From Thermodesulfovibrionales bacterium (lineage in GTDB: Bacteria; Nitrospirota; Thermodesulfovibrionia; Thermodesulfovibrionales; SM23-35), in contig CAVWBP010000002.1 in the NCBI GenBank assembly GCA_963753165.1, positions 185,280 through 249,279 on the forward strand: a DNA stretch of 64,000 nt. Direction: 5' to 3'. Positions 10,891 through 19,921 of this stretch are shown here, one piece after another. A program made the position numbers and the translations under genes. Each line of letters begins with the position of its first letter. Position 1 is the first letter of the stretch. Under the pieces are notes generated by a model. It saw only the letters and a list, made by a program, of their open reading frames with translations, was not told the DNA's origin and searched no databases.

Positions 10891-11041
10891 GGAACCCGCG
10901 AAGTGCAGACACTGCTCACAGGCATGTGTTAGACACAACAATACAGTAAAGCAAAGAAAGATTCTCTATGAGTCTTAGACCGGACAATCCGGAATGACCT
11001 CTTTGATCCCTCGCAGCTTGCAGCGGTGAAGCTCATTAATT

Positions 11042-12253
11042 TTATTTCCCCAAGATAAAATAGTCCATCAATTTATGTCCTTCATCAAAAACAAGGATGT
11101 CATCCCTCCCTGAGATCGATTCGTCAAACCCTTGTTTCCTGTTCTTCTTCTGCATCCGGCTGTCATATATCACAAAAGGCACGGGTTCATCGGTGTGTGT
11201 TCTCAGCTCAATCGGAGTTGCATGGTCAGGGAGTATGAGTATCCTGAAGTCACCGAAGGACTCCATTCCTTTCACCACGGTGCCGACGACAAGCTTGTCG
11301 AAATCTTCAATTGCCCTGATCTTGTCCTTATATTTTCCGGAATGCCCGGCTTCGTCCGGCGCCTCGACATGAATATACGCGACATCCACCCGTTCGAGGG
11401 CTTTCAGCGCAGCCTCTGCTTTTCCGACATAGTTCGTGTCCAGATACCCGGTAATGCCGGGGACCTGCAGTATTTCGAATCCGGCAGAAATGCCGAGCCC
11501 CCTCATGAGGTCGACAGCCGAAACCAGGGCGCCTTCGAGAGAGTATTTCTCTCTGAATGTCGGGAGGTTCAGTTTTTTCCCCTGTCCCCAGAACCAGATG
11601 CTGTTCGCGGGTTTTTTCCCGCCTTTCCGTCTTTTTTTGTTGACAGGATGCCCTTCAAGGACACCTGCTGCCTTCAGCATCAGGTCCCGCAACACATCTT
11701 CGTCGTCCCCGACAGGGAGATAGTCTGCAATTTCCTTCCCTGTGATATCGTGCGGCGGAGTGCATTCGATTTGAGAGGCCCCGGAAGACCATACCATGAT
11801 ATGGCGGTAACTGACTCCCGGATAAAAGCGGATATCTTCAGACCCTAAATCCTCATTGATATCCAGAATGAGTTTTTTCGCCTCCTCTGTAGTAATGTGA
11901 TCACTGCTGTAATCCTCCATTACCGCCTTTGTTTTCGCTTTGTTGTATTTCAGCGTCACAAGGTTGCAACGGTACGCGACATCATCATCTTTCAGGGCTA
12001 TCCCCATGCTGGCGGCTTCGAGAGGAGCCCTGCCGGAATAATATTTTTCAGGATCGTATCCGAGTATGTTCAGGTTTGCCACGTCCGAGCCGGGCTGAAA
12101 CCCCGTGGGAATAGTGCTGATTTTTCCTATGATACCTTCGCGGACCAGCCTGTCCATGTTCGGGGTAGACGACTGTTGCAGCGGGGTCTTGCCTTTCAGT
12201 TCCTTCAGCGGTCTGTCTGCCATTCCGTCGCCAATAATAACAAGATATTTCAT
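11042..12253 (-). CDS. apgM: Cofactor-independent phosphoglycerate mutase (ApgM type)
   Basis: IGDGMAD, PGSDVANL, HVEAPDEAGH and PDHATP...HT metal-binding motifs; typical position in the hom operon. Confidence 0.88.
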   Translation of the reverse strand: MKYLVIIGDGMADRPLKELKGKTPLQQSSTPNMDRLVREGIIGKISTIPTGFQPGSDVANLNILGYDPEKYYSGRAPLEAASMGIALKDDDVAYRCNLVTLKYNKAKTKAVMEDYSSDHITTEEAKKLILDINEDLGSEDIRFYPGVSYRHIMVWSSGASQIECTPPHDITGKEIADYLPVGDDEDVLRDLMLKAAGVLEGHPVNKKRRKGGKKPANSIWFWGQGKKLNLPTFREKYSLEGALVSAVDLMRGLGISAGFEILQVPGITGYLDTNYVGKAEAALKALERVDVAYIHVEAPDEAGHSGKYKDKIRAIEDFDKLVVGTVVKGMESFGDFRILILPDHATPIELRTHTDEPVPFVIYDSRMQKKNRKQGFDESISGRDDILVFDEGHKLMDYFILGK

Positions 12254-12323
12254 GCCGTCCCTTCTCTTTCCATTCTGCAATTTTTACCCTAAAACGTCTC
12301 CTTACTCTGATGCTAATGAAAAT

Positions 12324-12470
12324 TAACTACTGTCATAAAGTGCGATTCTGATAAAAATTCGTCATTCTCGCGAAGGCGGGAATCCATTGTTTCCATCCCG
12401 AAAGCTTTCGGGACTGGATTCCCCGGTCAAGCCGGAGGACGACAAACCCTAAGTTTATGGACAAACGCTA
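12324..12470. mobile_element. MITE copy with degenerate left TIR, paralog of 36593..36740
   Basis: Near-identical ~135 bp internal sequence (ATAAAGTGCGATT...GTCATTCTCGCGAAGGCGGGAATCCA...CCCCGGTCAAGCCGGAG) to the 36.6 kb element. Confidence 0.75.
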
Positions 12471-12543
12471 CCTGTACCATTTTACTGCAAAATAGCCTGA
12501 ATTGAAAGAAAGGGGTTAGCAGGGAAAGCCTACTGTGGTAAGG

Positions 12544-13290
12544 TTATTGTCCGCATGCTGCGCAGTGGGGGTTAATCGGAACGCGTATTTTTCTGAACGA
12601 AACCTTCAGCGCGTCGTAAATCAGGAGATGGCCTTTCAGGGTCTCTCCCTGGCTGAGTATGAGCTTGAATACCTCAATTGCCTGAAGCGAACCGACTACC
12701 CCCGGCAGGGCGCCGAGGAGGCCGTCTTCATGAGCAGGAAACGCATCATGCGGCGGAGGGGCCTCGAAGAGGCAGCGGTAGCAGGGTCCTTCTCCGGGGA
12801 TTACCACTGAAACCTGTCCTTCGAATTTCAATACCGCTCCCGTGACCAGGGGTTTCCCGACCGCAACGCAGGTATCATTGACGAGAAACCTCGTGGGGAA
12901 ATTGTCGCTGCAGTCAACGATGATATCGTATGATTTTATGAGGTCATGAACATTCTCTTCCGAGAGTCTTTGCTGTATGGGAACGACAGTGACATCCGGG
13001 TTCAGTGTTTCAAGGGTTTTCCTGGCCGACAGGACTTTGGGCTGTCCGATCGTTTCCGTGCTGTGGACTATCTGACGCTGGAGGTTGCTGAGGTCAACCG
13101 TGTCGTCGTCGATAAGGGCGATCGTCCCGACCCCTGCGGCTGCCAGATAATACCCGGCAGCAGAGGCGAGCCCGCCGGCGCCGACAATAAGAACCCTGGC
13201 CTGTAAGAGCTTGTACTGTCCTTCTTCCCCGAATTCGGGCAGGATTATATGCCTGTGATAACGACGAAACTGTTCATCTGAGAGTCTCAT
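12544..13290 (-). CDS. ThiF/MoeB family adenylyltransferase
   Basis: RYHRHIIL, VGAGGL, DTVDLSNLQRQ, CYRC and C-terminal CAAC; no rhodanese domain. Confidence 0.92.
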   Translation of the reverse strand: MRLSDEQFRRYHRHIILPEFGEEGQYKLLQARVLIVGAGGLASAAGYYLAAAGVGTIALIDDDTVDLSNLQRQIVHSTETIGQPKVLSARKTLETLNPDVTVVPIQQRLSEENVHDLIKSYDIIVDCSDNFPTRFLVNDTCVAVGKPLVTGAVLKFEGQVSVVIPGEGPCYRCLFEAPPPHDAFPAHEDGLLGALPGVVGSLQAIEVFKLILSQGETLKGHLLIYDALKVSFRKIRVPINPHCAACGQ

Positions 13291-13304
13291 GGAAGATATT
13301 CAGA

Positions 13305-14603
13305 TCAGGTCTCTTCTTTTCCTTCCACCCTGATCATACAGGTCGGGCCCGTTACTACCTGCAAAGTATCGATTTCTTCGATTGCCTGTCTCACGTCTTT
13401 TTCCTTCGCCTCGTGGGTAAGCACTACAAGGGGAACCGCTTCGCCGATCCTTCTGCCTTTCTGTATGACCGAGGTGATACTGATGTTGTATTTGCCGAGG
13501 ATGCCTGAAATCTTTGAGAGGACACCCGGCTTGTCGAGGGCGGAGAATCTGAAGTAATACCTGGATACAATGTCATCTATCTTTCTTATCCTGGCTTCTC
13601 CGGTGAACTCCGGTATCGTAGGGACTCTGCCGACCGAATTCTTCTGAATATTCCTCGCAATATCCACGATGTCGCTTGCTACGGCGCTTCCGGTGGGGAT
13701 GGAACCCGCGCCTCTTCCATAATACATCGTTGAGCCCGTTGCATCTCCTTCAACGTAGATTGCATTAAAGGGGCCGTCAACCTTTGCGATCAGATAGTCT
13801 TTCGGGAGCATGGTAGGATGGACCCTGAGTTCAATATCCCCGTTCGTTTCTTTTGTGATAGCAAGCAGTTTTACCTTATACCCGAATTCTGTTGCAAAGG
13901 CGATGTCCTGCGCAGAGATTTTTGAAATCCCCTCGATGTGGATCGAGTTATACGAGAGCGGGATGCCATAGGCAAGAGTGGCGAGGATCGTGAGCTTATG
14001 GGCGGTGTCGATCCCTTCTATATCGAATGTCGGATCTGCTTCCGCATATCCCAGTTTCTGGGCCTCTTTGAGCGCATCGGCAAATTCTACATCCTCATCA
14101 GTCATCTTCGTGAGGATATAATTCGATGTGCCGTTGATTATCCCGAAGATCGCCTTGATCCGGTTTGCAACGAGCCCTTCCTTCATGACTTTTATGATAG
14201 GAATCGCCCCGGCAACTGACGCTTCAAATCCGACCTCAACCCCGGCTTTGCGGGCTGCCTGAAAGATTTCTGTCCCTTCAGTGGCAAGCAGGGCTTTATT
14301 GGCGGTTACCACATGCTTCCCGTTCTGGATAGCCTTCAGGATGAAATCCTTGGCAGGCCTTATCCCCCCTATCAGTTCAACAACGATATGAATTTCGGGG
14401 TCATTGAAGATCATATTCACATCCGTCGTGAGTATTCCGTCCGGAACCCGAAAGCCCCTGTCTGTCGTGATGTCGAGATCGGCGATCCTTTTCAGATTTA
14501 TCGCGAATCCCGCCCGCTTCTGAATGACCTCTTTATTTTCGAGGAGTACCCTGGCGGTACCGCTGCCGACAATCCCAAACCCTATGATACCGACGTTAAT
14601 CAT
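13305..14603 (-). CDS. hom: Homoserine dehydrogenase with C-terminal ACT domain
   Basis: GFGIVG, VTANKAL, FEASVAGAIP, GIINGTSNYIL, GYAEADPT and ACT-domain DKPGVLS. Confidence 0.96.
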   Translation of the reverse strand: MINVGIIGFGIVGSGTARVLLENKEVIQKRAGFAINLKRIADLDITTDRGFRVPDGILTTDVNMIFNDPEIHIVVELIGGIRPAKDFILKAIQNGKHVVTANKALLATEGTEIFQAARKAGVEVGFEASVAGAIPIIKVMKEGLVANRIKAIFGIINGTSNYILTKMTDEDVEFADALKEAQKLGYAEADPTFDIEGIDTAHKLTILATLAYGIPLSYNSIHIEGISKISAQDIAFATEFGYKVKLLAITKETNGDIELRVHPTMLPKDYLIAKVDGPFNAIYVEGDATGSTMYYGRGAGSIPTGSAVASDIVDIARNIQKNSVGRVPTIPEFTGEARIRKIDDIVSRYYFRFSALDKPGVLSKISGILGKYNISITSVIQKGRRIGEAVPLVVLTHEAKEKDVRQAIEEIDTLQVVTGPTCMIRVEGKEET

Positions 14604-14710
14604 TTCTTCAGCACCTTTCTTATACTTTTTGCAGCTTGTCTGATTTTCTGTTCATTCTCCTGATTCCCCGCGCAGAAACCTGCTCTCCATCCAGCCATAT
14701 TATAACTCTT
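14600..14710 (-). pseudogene. Collapsed relic of an AlaC-type PLP aminotransferase (mini-ORF 14698..14600)
   Basis: Reads KSYN-MAGWRAGFCAGNQ-ENEQKIRQAAKSIRKVLKK*: the AlaC PLP-lysine motif fused in frame to the AlaC C-terminal helix. The stop overlaps the hom ATG (ATGA). Confidence 0.75.
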
Positions 14711-14729
14711 CGTCCCGGTATTCGTATCC

Positions 14730-15653
14730 TTAATTATAATACATCTCCTCAGCATTCATTGAACTTCTCACCCGCGGAGCGGACGAAACAAATTTAAACC
14801 CCAGAGAGAGCGCGGTCATCCGGAGGCTCTCGAACATATCCGGGGATATATATTCAACCACGGGAAGCTTCAGCCTTGAAGGCCGGAGATACTGGCCGAT
14901 GGTGAGCAGGTCGCAGCCTGCATTCCGCAGATCTTTGAGGACCTGGATCACCTCATGACTTGCTTCACCGAGACCGAGCATGAGCCCTGATTTCGTGTAT
15001 ATTCCGGGTGATGTTTTTTTGACATATTCAAGAACGCGCAGGGAGCGGGTATAGTCGGCAAGCGGCCTGACAGAGGGATACAGACGGGGAACTGTTTCGA
15101 TATTGTGGTTGAAGACATCGGGTTTCGAATGTATGACTACCTCAAGACTGTTCAGGTCTCCCCTGAAGTCAGGCGTGAGGATTTCCACTTTCGCCTGTGG
15201 CAGACAGGTTCTGATATGAGAGACGGTCGCGGCAAAATGACCTGCACCGCCGTCATGGAGATCATCCCGGGTTACCGAGGTTATCACAACGTAACGGAGG
15301 CCCATCTCCTTTGCGGCCATTGCGACCCTTGCGGGTTCTTCCCGGTCAGGAGGGTCCGGGGCTGATGAGTCAACGGCGCAGAACCCGCAGTTCCTTGTGC
15401 ACTTTGACCCAAGGATCATAAACGCAGCGGTTGGCCGTGAGAAACATTCACCAACATTGGGACATCTTGCCTCTTCACAGACAGTCGAGAGCCCGAAACT
15501 CCGCAGGAGACGTTTCGTATTGTGAACTTCCCTGTGTCCGGTGCTTCTGAGCCACTCCGGCAGTCTCAAATCAAACTCCGTATCGGTTTTATGGTTTCCA
15601 CAGTTCACGATGTTTCCCCGGTTTGCTCTGTTATTTGAAAATAAATCAGTCAC
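14730..15653 (-). CDS. lipA: Lipoyl synthase (start uncertain)
   Basis: CEEARCPNVGEC, radical-SAM CTRNCGFC, FNHNIETV, TIGQYLRPS and RSS motifs. Confidence 0.96.
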   Translation of the reverse strand: MTDLFSNNRANRGNIVNCGNHKTDTEFDLRLPEWLRSTGHREVHNTKRLLRSFGLSTVCEEARCPNVGECFSRPTAAFMILGSKCTRNCGFCAVDSSAPDPPDREEPARVAMAAKEMGLRYVVITSVTRDDLHDGGAGHFAATVSHIRTCLPQAKVEILTPDFRGDLNSLEVVIHSKPDVFNHNIETVPRLYPSVRPLADYTRSLRVLEYVKKTSPGIYTKSGLMLGLGEASHEVIQVLKDLRNAGCDLLTIGQYLRPSRLKLPVVEYISPDMFESLRMTALSLGFKFVSSAPRVRSSMNAEEMYYN

Positions 15654-15753
15654 AGCAAACCCCGGAAACCGGGTATGGTCAATTAAAAATAAAGGATGTG
15701 CCGGACTTTGTCAAACAGGGAGGTTTGAATATTTTTCCAAAATACCCCACCAA

Positions 15754-15774
15754 CCTCCCCTTGTAAAGGGGAGG
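15754..15774. repeat. Short CCCC/GGGG palindrome (REP-like or terminator)
   Basis: CCTCCCCTT-GTA-AAGGGGAGG perfect 9-bp stem. Confidence 0.45.
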
Positions 15775-15939
15775 ATTTTCCTGCCCGTAACTGAATGGTT
15801 TCGCAATCCCGTACTTTTCTCTTGTGAACTTCCTTTTTCAAATGGTATTCTGTTTTTATGTGCTGGAAACAGCCTTTAATAGTTCTGAGTATCCTTTGCG
15901 AGAGGGATTCAGAGAACAGAAAACAAACAGGATGATACG

Positions 15940-17121
15940 ATGATACAGTTTAAATTGAAACGGCGGTTGCCCTATAAGCCAACGGAAAGAATGAATGTCG
16001 TCAGCTACCCGATAAGGGATATCGTGATGGAGGCGAAACGCGAAGAGGCAAAGGGCAAGAAGATGATCTATCTCAATATCGGAGATCCTCCCCAGTACGG
16101 CTTTAAACCGTTCAGAGTGATCGCTGAAAGGGTGAAGAGCGCCCTTGATGAGAATTGTCAGGGATATGCGCCTTCCGAAGGCGACGAGCAACTCAGAAAG
16201 AATGTCGCGAAGATCGAGAAATGCAAGCCTGAGGATGTGTTTGTCGTCGGAGGGCTGACCGAAGGGATAGATTTCTTCTTCCATTCATTCATAGGGTTTG
16301 GCGAGAAAGTGCTCCTTCCCAATCCGACATATCCGCTCTATATCAGCAAGGCGAAGCAGTTTGAAGGCGACACGGTATTTTACCGGCATGATGCTCACGG
16401 CCAGATAGATGTGGCAAATTTATCGAGAAAAATCGAGGGCGCGAAGGCGATAATAATAATCAACCCGAACAACCCGCTGGGCGCGGTCTATTCCGAACAG
16501 AACCTCGCAGAGGTTATCCATCTTTGCTCTGAATACGATGTCCCCATATTCTACGACGGGTCCTATGACAAGCTTACACTCGAAGGCAAACAGGTTGACT
16601 TCAGGCAATTGGCGAAAAAAAGGGTCCCGTTTATTTATGGGAGTTCGCTTTCGAAGGTTTTCAATTACCCTGGTGCAAGGATAGGGTGGGTGGCGTTTCA
16701 CGGAGACAAATGGGCGGATGTCAAGAATGCATTCTTCCTCTTGTGCAACCAGCGTCTTTCCGTGAACTGGGAGTATCAGAAGGCGGCTGCCGCTGCGATA
16801 GTCGACCGCTCATATCCTGCATATCTCACTGAGGTAAAAAAGAACCTCCTGGAAAGAAGGGATGCATTCATCAGCATCGCCGGGAAACTGCCGATCTCTT
16901 TCCCGGTTCCGAAAGGCGCGTTTTACGCGTTCATAAAGCTGGAGTCGAAGAAATGGCAAAAGGACATCCAATTTGTGCGTGCTGCGCTCAAAGAGGGGGT
17001 TGTGTTCGTCCCTGGGTCAGGGTTCGGCAGACAGGAGGACGGAGTGTATTTCAGGACTACGTTCCTTCCGGAACCAGAGATTATAGAAGAGGCATTCGAA
17101 AAAATCAGCAAGATATTGTAG
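15940..17121 (+). CDS. Class I/II PLP aminotransferase, AlaA/archaeal alanine aminotransferase-like
   Basis: YPIRD...YLNIGDP, INPNNPLG, SLSKVFNYPGARIGW and VPGSGFG motifs. Confidence 0.88.
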   Translation: MIQFKLKRRLPYKPTERMNVVSYPIRDIVMEAKREEAKGKKMIYLNIGDPPQYGFKPFRVIAERVKSALDENCQGYAPSEGDEQLRKNVAKIEKCKPEDVFVVGGLTEGIDFFFHSFIGFGEKVLLPNPTYPLYISKAKQFEGDTVFYRHDAHGQIDVANLSRKIEGAKAIIIINPNNPLGAVYSEQNLAEVIHLCSEYDVPIFYDGSYDKLTLEGKQVDFRQLAKKRVPFIYGSSLSKVFNYPGARIGWVAFHGDKWADVKNAFFLLCNQRLSVNWEYQKAAAAAIVDRSYPAYLTEVKKNLLERRDAFISIAGKLPISFPVPKGAFYAFIKLESKKWQKDIQFVRAALKEGVVFVPGSGFGRQEDGVYFRTTFLPEPEIIEEAFEKISKIL

Positions 17122-17550
17122 GAGAATATCCTTTTGCCTGTTTTCCCCGATCCGAAGGCTTTCGGGGATTGTTGCTGTTCAAAATATTCAAGTGACAGTA
17201 GTACGGCACAATTCCCGAATCGAAATAAGCTCTCTCTGTTTCTGTGCAAACCTTTCTCTGACTTTAATGTACATTGATTGTTGAAGTCTGAGCCCTCCGC
17301 TCTGTCTCCGGTCTCATCGAAAGCTAACCCTGCTTTGGACGCACAGTTCACCTGCAATGAATCATATCTAATCCCTTAAAAGAGGGTAATAAAGAGGGTA
17401 ATATTTTGAAATGGCAATACGGTTGCTGTGATAACCCCTATCACGAAACTGCGATGGGATAATAGTATGCATCAATTTGTTGTTCCTTTTGCAGAGATGA
17501 AAAAAGGTTTCTAACACCCGCTAGTCCGCAGATATGGCAAAGGAGAGCAT

Positions 17551-17699
17551 AATGGGGTCAGCCCTTGAATCGTGACGGATTCACATAAATTGGGGACTGC
17601 CGTATTATCAATATAAAAGGATATTGAAACGACTTAGGGAAGGCAGGAGAATCTCGAAGGTATGGGAGAAAGAACCAATGATCAAGGGCAGACCCCATT
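17551..17699. mobile_element. Inverted-repeat-bounded relic (GGGGTCAG...GACCCC type)
   Basis: AATGGGGTCAGCCCTTGAATC at 17551 and GATCAAGGGCAGACCCCATT ending at 17699 form an imperfect ~20 bp inverted pair. Confidence 0.5.
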
Positions 17700-17735
17700 G
17701 ACTTCTTGGGCGATTATCGCAATCATCTGCTCAAT

Positions 17736-19406
17736 TTAATTTGTAATTACGGCGCTATCTATTTTATTTATGGTATTTTCATCAAGGTATTGATATATCG
17801 TAACAGTCTCAGTGACGGCTTGATCGTCTTTTTGCGGTATTATTACGACAAAAGTACATGATGGTTTCCCATGGTCAACCCATGTCCCTGTGTTTGCATA
17901 TATCTGATGATCATCAGTGCTGAACATAATCGCATGATGCGTATGACCGAATATAACGATCCGCCTGTTTGAAGATGGATTTGTAAAATATTGAGATATA
18001 GACTGTGCATCCAGGGCCGGATTGAAGTCTCCGGCCAATAAAGCTATATCAAGCGGTATCGTTACAGGTACATTATTTTCTGACTGTCTGTCATTCCATG
18101 TGTCCTCTATCTCCTTGTAAAGATTTACATCAAGCGGACCATTGTTTGCCTGATAGTAAGGGATCAGATCATTTATTGCATAAGTTTCAGTATAGCCGTC
18201 TATTCCCGTCTTTATTATTTTGTCATCCCAGCTTTCTTGTACGGGTTTTTGAGCCATAATGAGCTCCCATGCCGCCCAGTATGATAAATAATAATACTGG
18301 TACTGATCTCCTGCGGCATCAGTCAGTTGTTGTCTGTAAAAAGTTGATGTGCCACTTTCAAGGTCGGAGGTGGTTGCGATCTTGGTTACAAAAAACCCCG
18401 GCGGCGTTATTGAATCGGTCTTTGTTATCGACCTGTTTGATATCGGGTCAGGAGCGTTAAAGAAATCATATCTGTGTCCATGTTCTATAATAATTTCCGG
18501 ATGATCCAGAGGAGTATACGCGCCTAATCCCTGAACATCGTCCCTGGCTTCAGATATTCCGGGGAAAACCCTCTGTATGTCCTTTGATTCTACAAGCATA
18601 TCGTGGTTTCCAGGGACATAGGTTACACGGATGTTGCCGTCTCTGATGATGGTATTTATCGCGTCCACCACAGGTTTATTTGCCGCAACAATCATATCTA
18701 CAAATTCCGACTGGGATACTCCATTGAACGTATCGGAATCCATCGGCGCAACCCATTCATCAAACAGATCACCGTTAATTACGAGTTCCCTTACATTGGG
18801 CATTTGCCTGACAAGATTCAGAAAACTCTCAAGTTTTGCGCTATTTGTATTGAACCAGCCGTAAAGACCCGTTTTGCTTCTTTGATCTCCCATATGTATG
18901 TCACTGATAATAATTATCATTATCCTGTCATTTCCCAGTTCGGGGATATTGTCTGATCCATAACCAAAATTATAGTCCGTTGCAAAATATCCGACAAAAT
19001 CTTGCTTTAAGGTATTGCCGTATAGCGATTGAATATCCATGCTTACTTCAAGTTTGTATTCCTCGCCTGAGAGAAAATTTGCGCCATTCTTTGTCCTGAT
19101 CACTATTTGGTTTGGTTTTTGAGGGTCGGATATAATTTCCATAGGGGGACTGTCAGATACCAATAGTCCGCCGGCTTTCACAGTGTGCAGACTTATTTTT
19201 CCTTCAACTGTATTCATGTCCAGGGGCTCACTGAATTCAAGAATGATTGAATTTGTAGGGTCAACGGCCGAAGGCTTGTCTGCAGAATCAGATGTTTGAA
19301 TGCTTGTTTTTACCGTCAACGGTTGCGAATGAGAAGAAGAGGAAGAGGAGCATCCCCAGATTGATAAAATACTTGCGCATAGCAACACAAGCAACAGTTT
19401 TTTCAT
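17736..19406 (-). CDS. Lipoprotein with Ig-like (Big_5-type) domain and calcineurin-like metallophosphoesterase domain
   Basis: GGAGG RBS; lipobox IWGC followed by poly-Ser; IILEFSEPLD Ig-like segment; SDIH, GDLFD, GNHD, HGH and GHTH motifs all intact. Confidence 0.88.
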   Translation of the reverse strand: MKKLLLVLLCASILSIWGCSSSSSSHSQPLTVKTSIQTSDSADKPSAVDPTNSIILEFSEPLDMNTVEGKISLHTVKAGGLLVSDSPPMEIISDPQKPNQIVIRTKNGANFLSGEEYKLEVSMDIQSLYGNTLKQDFVGYFATDYNFGYGSDNIPELGNDRIMIIIISDIHMGDQRSKTGLYGWFNTNSAKLESFLNLVRQMPNVRELVINGDLFDEWVAPMDSDTFNGVSQSEFVDMIVAANKPVVDAINTIIRDGNIRVTYVPGNHDMLVESKDIQRVFPGISEARDDVQGLGAYTPLDHPEIIIEHGHRYDFFNAPDPISNRSITKTDSITPPGFFVTKIATTSDLESGTSTFYRQQLTDAAGDQYQYYYLSYWAAWELIMAQKPVQESWDDKIIKTGIDGYTETYAINDLIPYYQANNGPLDVNLYKEIEDTWNDRQSENNVPVTIPLDIALLAGDFNPALDAQSISQYFTNPSSNRRIVIFGHTHHAIMFSTDDHQIYANTGTWVDHGKPSCTFVVIIPQKDDQAVTETVTIYQYLDENTINKIDSAVITN

Positions 19407-19724
19407 TTTTGTCCTCCATCCATCTTATTTCTGTTCTTTCCTGGTCGTACTCTGCACAATTATATCAGGTTTAAGAGGGGAGTGTGACAGGAAGTACCTC
19501 ACACTCTGAAGGGGGAAATTTTGGATGAGGAGAAGGGTGGTCAGTTCAATGAGAATGAGAAGGGGGAGAGGGGAGCATACTATGCGGTCTCGAAGACCAA
19601 TCCCCCAAAGGATATTGTTTCCCCTCCCTTTGTGTCCCCCTTGTAGAATCAACATAGCAGAAAAGAGAATATAAAGCAAATGCAAATTCCTGCGACTCAG
19701 GAGAGCATTTGTTATAGTAAAAGT

Positions 19725-19913
19725 ATGAGGTGCTTTTTTGTTGAATCGACGTTAAGGTACAGCGATGAAAAGGGTTTTGGAGAATCCTATTTTATCACCT
19801 GTCCGGTGTGCTGGAACGCGAGCATCAGGTACATCAAATGGGAAGACGGCGCCGAGGAAACCGGAGAATGTCCTGTCTGTGAGAGAATGATACGGACATT
19901 AAATGATGAATAG
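19725..19913 (+). CDS. Small zinc-ribbon protein (2x CxxC), 62 aa
   Basis: CPVC...CPVC; extended -10 TGTTATAGT 6 nt upstream of the ATG. Confidence 0.65.
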   Translation: MRCFFVESTLRYSDEKGFGESYFITCPVCWNASIRYIKWEDGAEETGECPVCERMIRTLNDE

Positions 19914-19921
19914 GTGAGAGG

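Noticed and set aside
19470-19640. Possible ncRNA or riboswitch upstream of the phosphoesterase (GAGTGTGA...TCACACTC hairpin, purine/pyrimidine blocks)
   Set aside because: No known aptamer consensus is recognisable, and a single hairpin is insufficient evidence.
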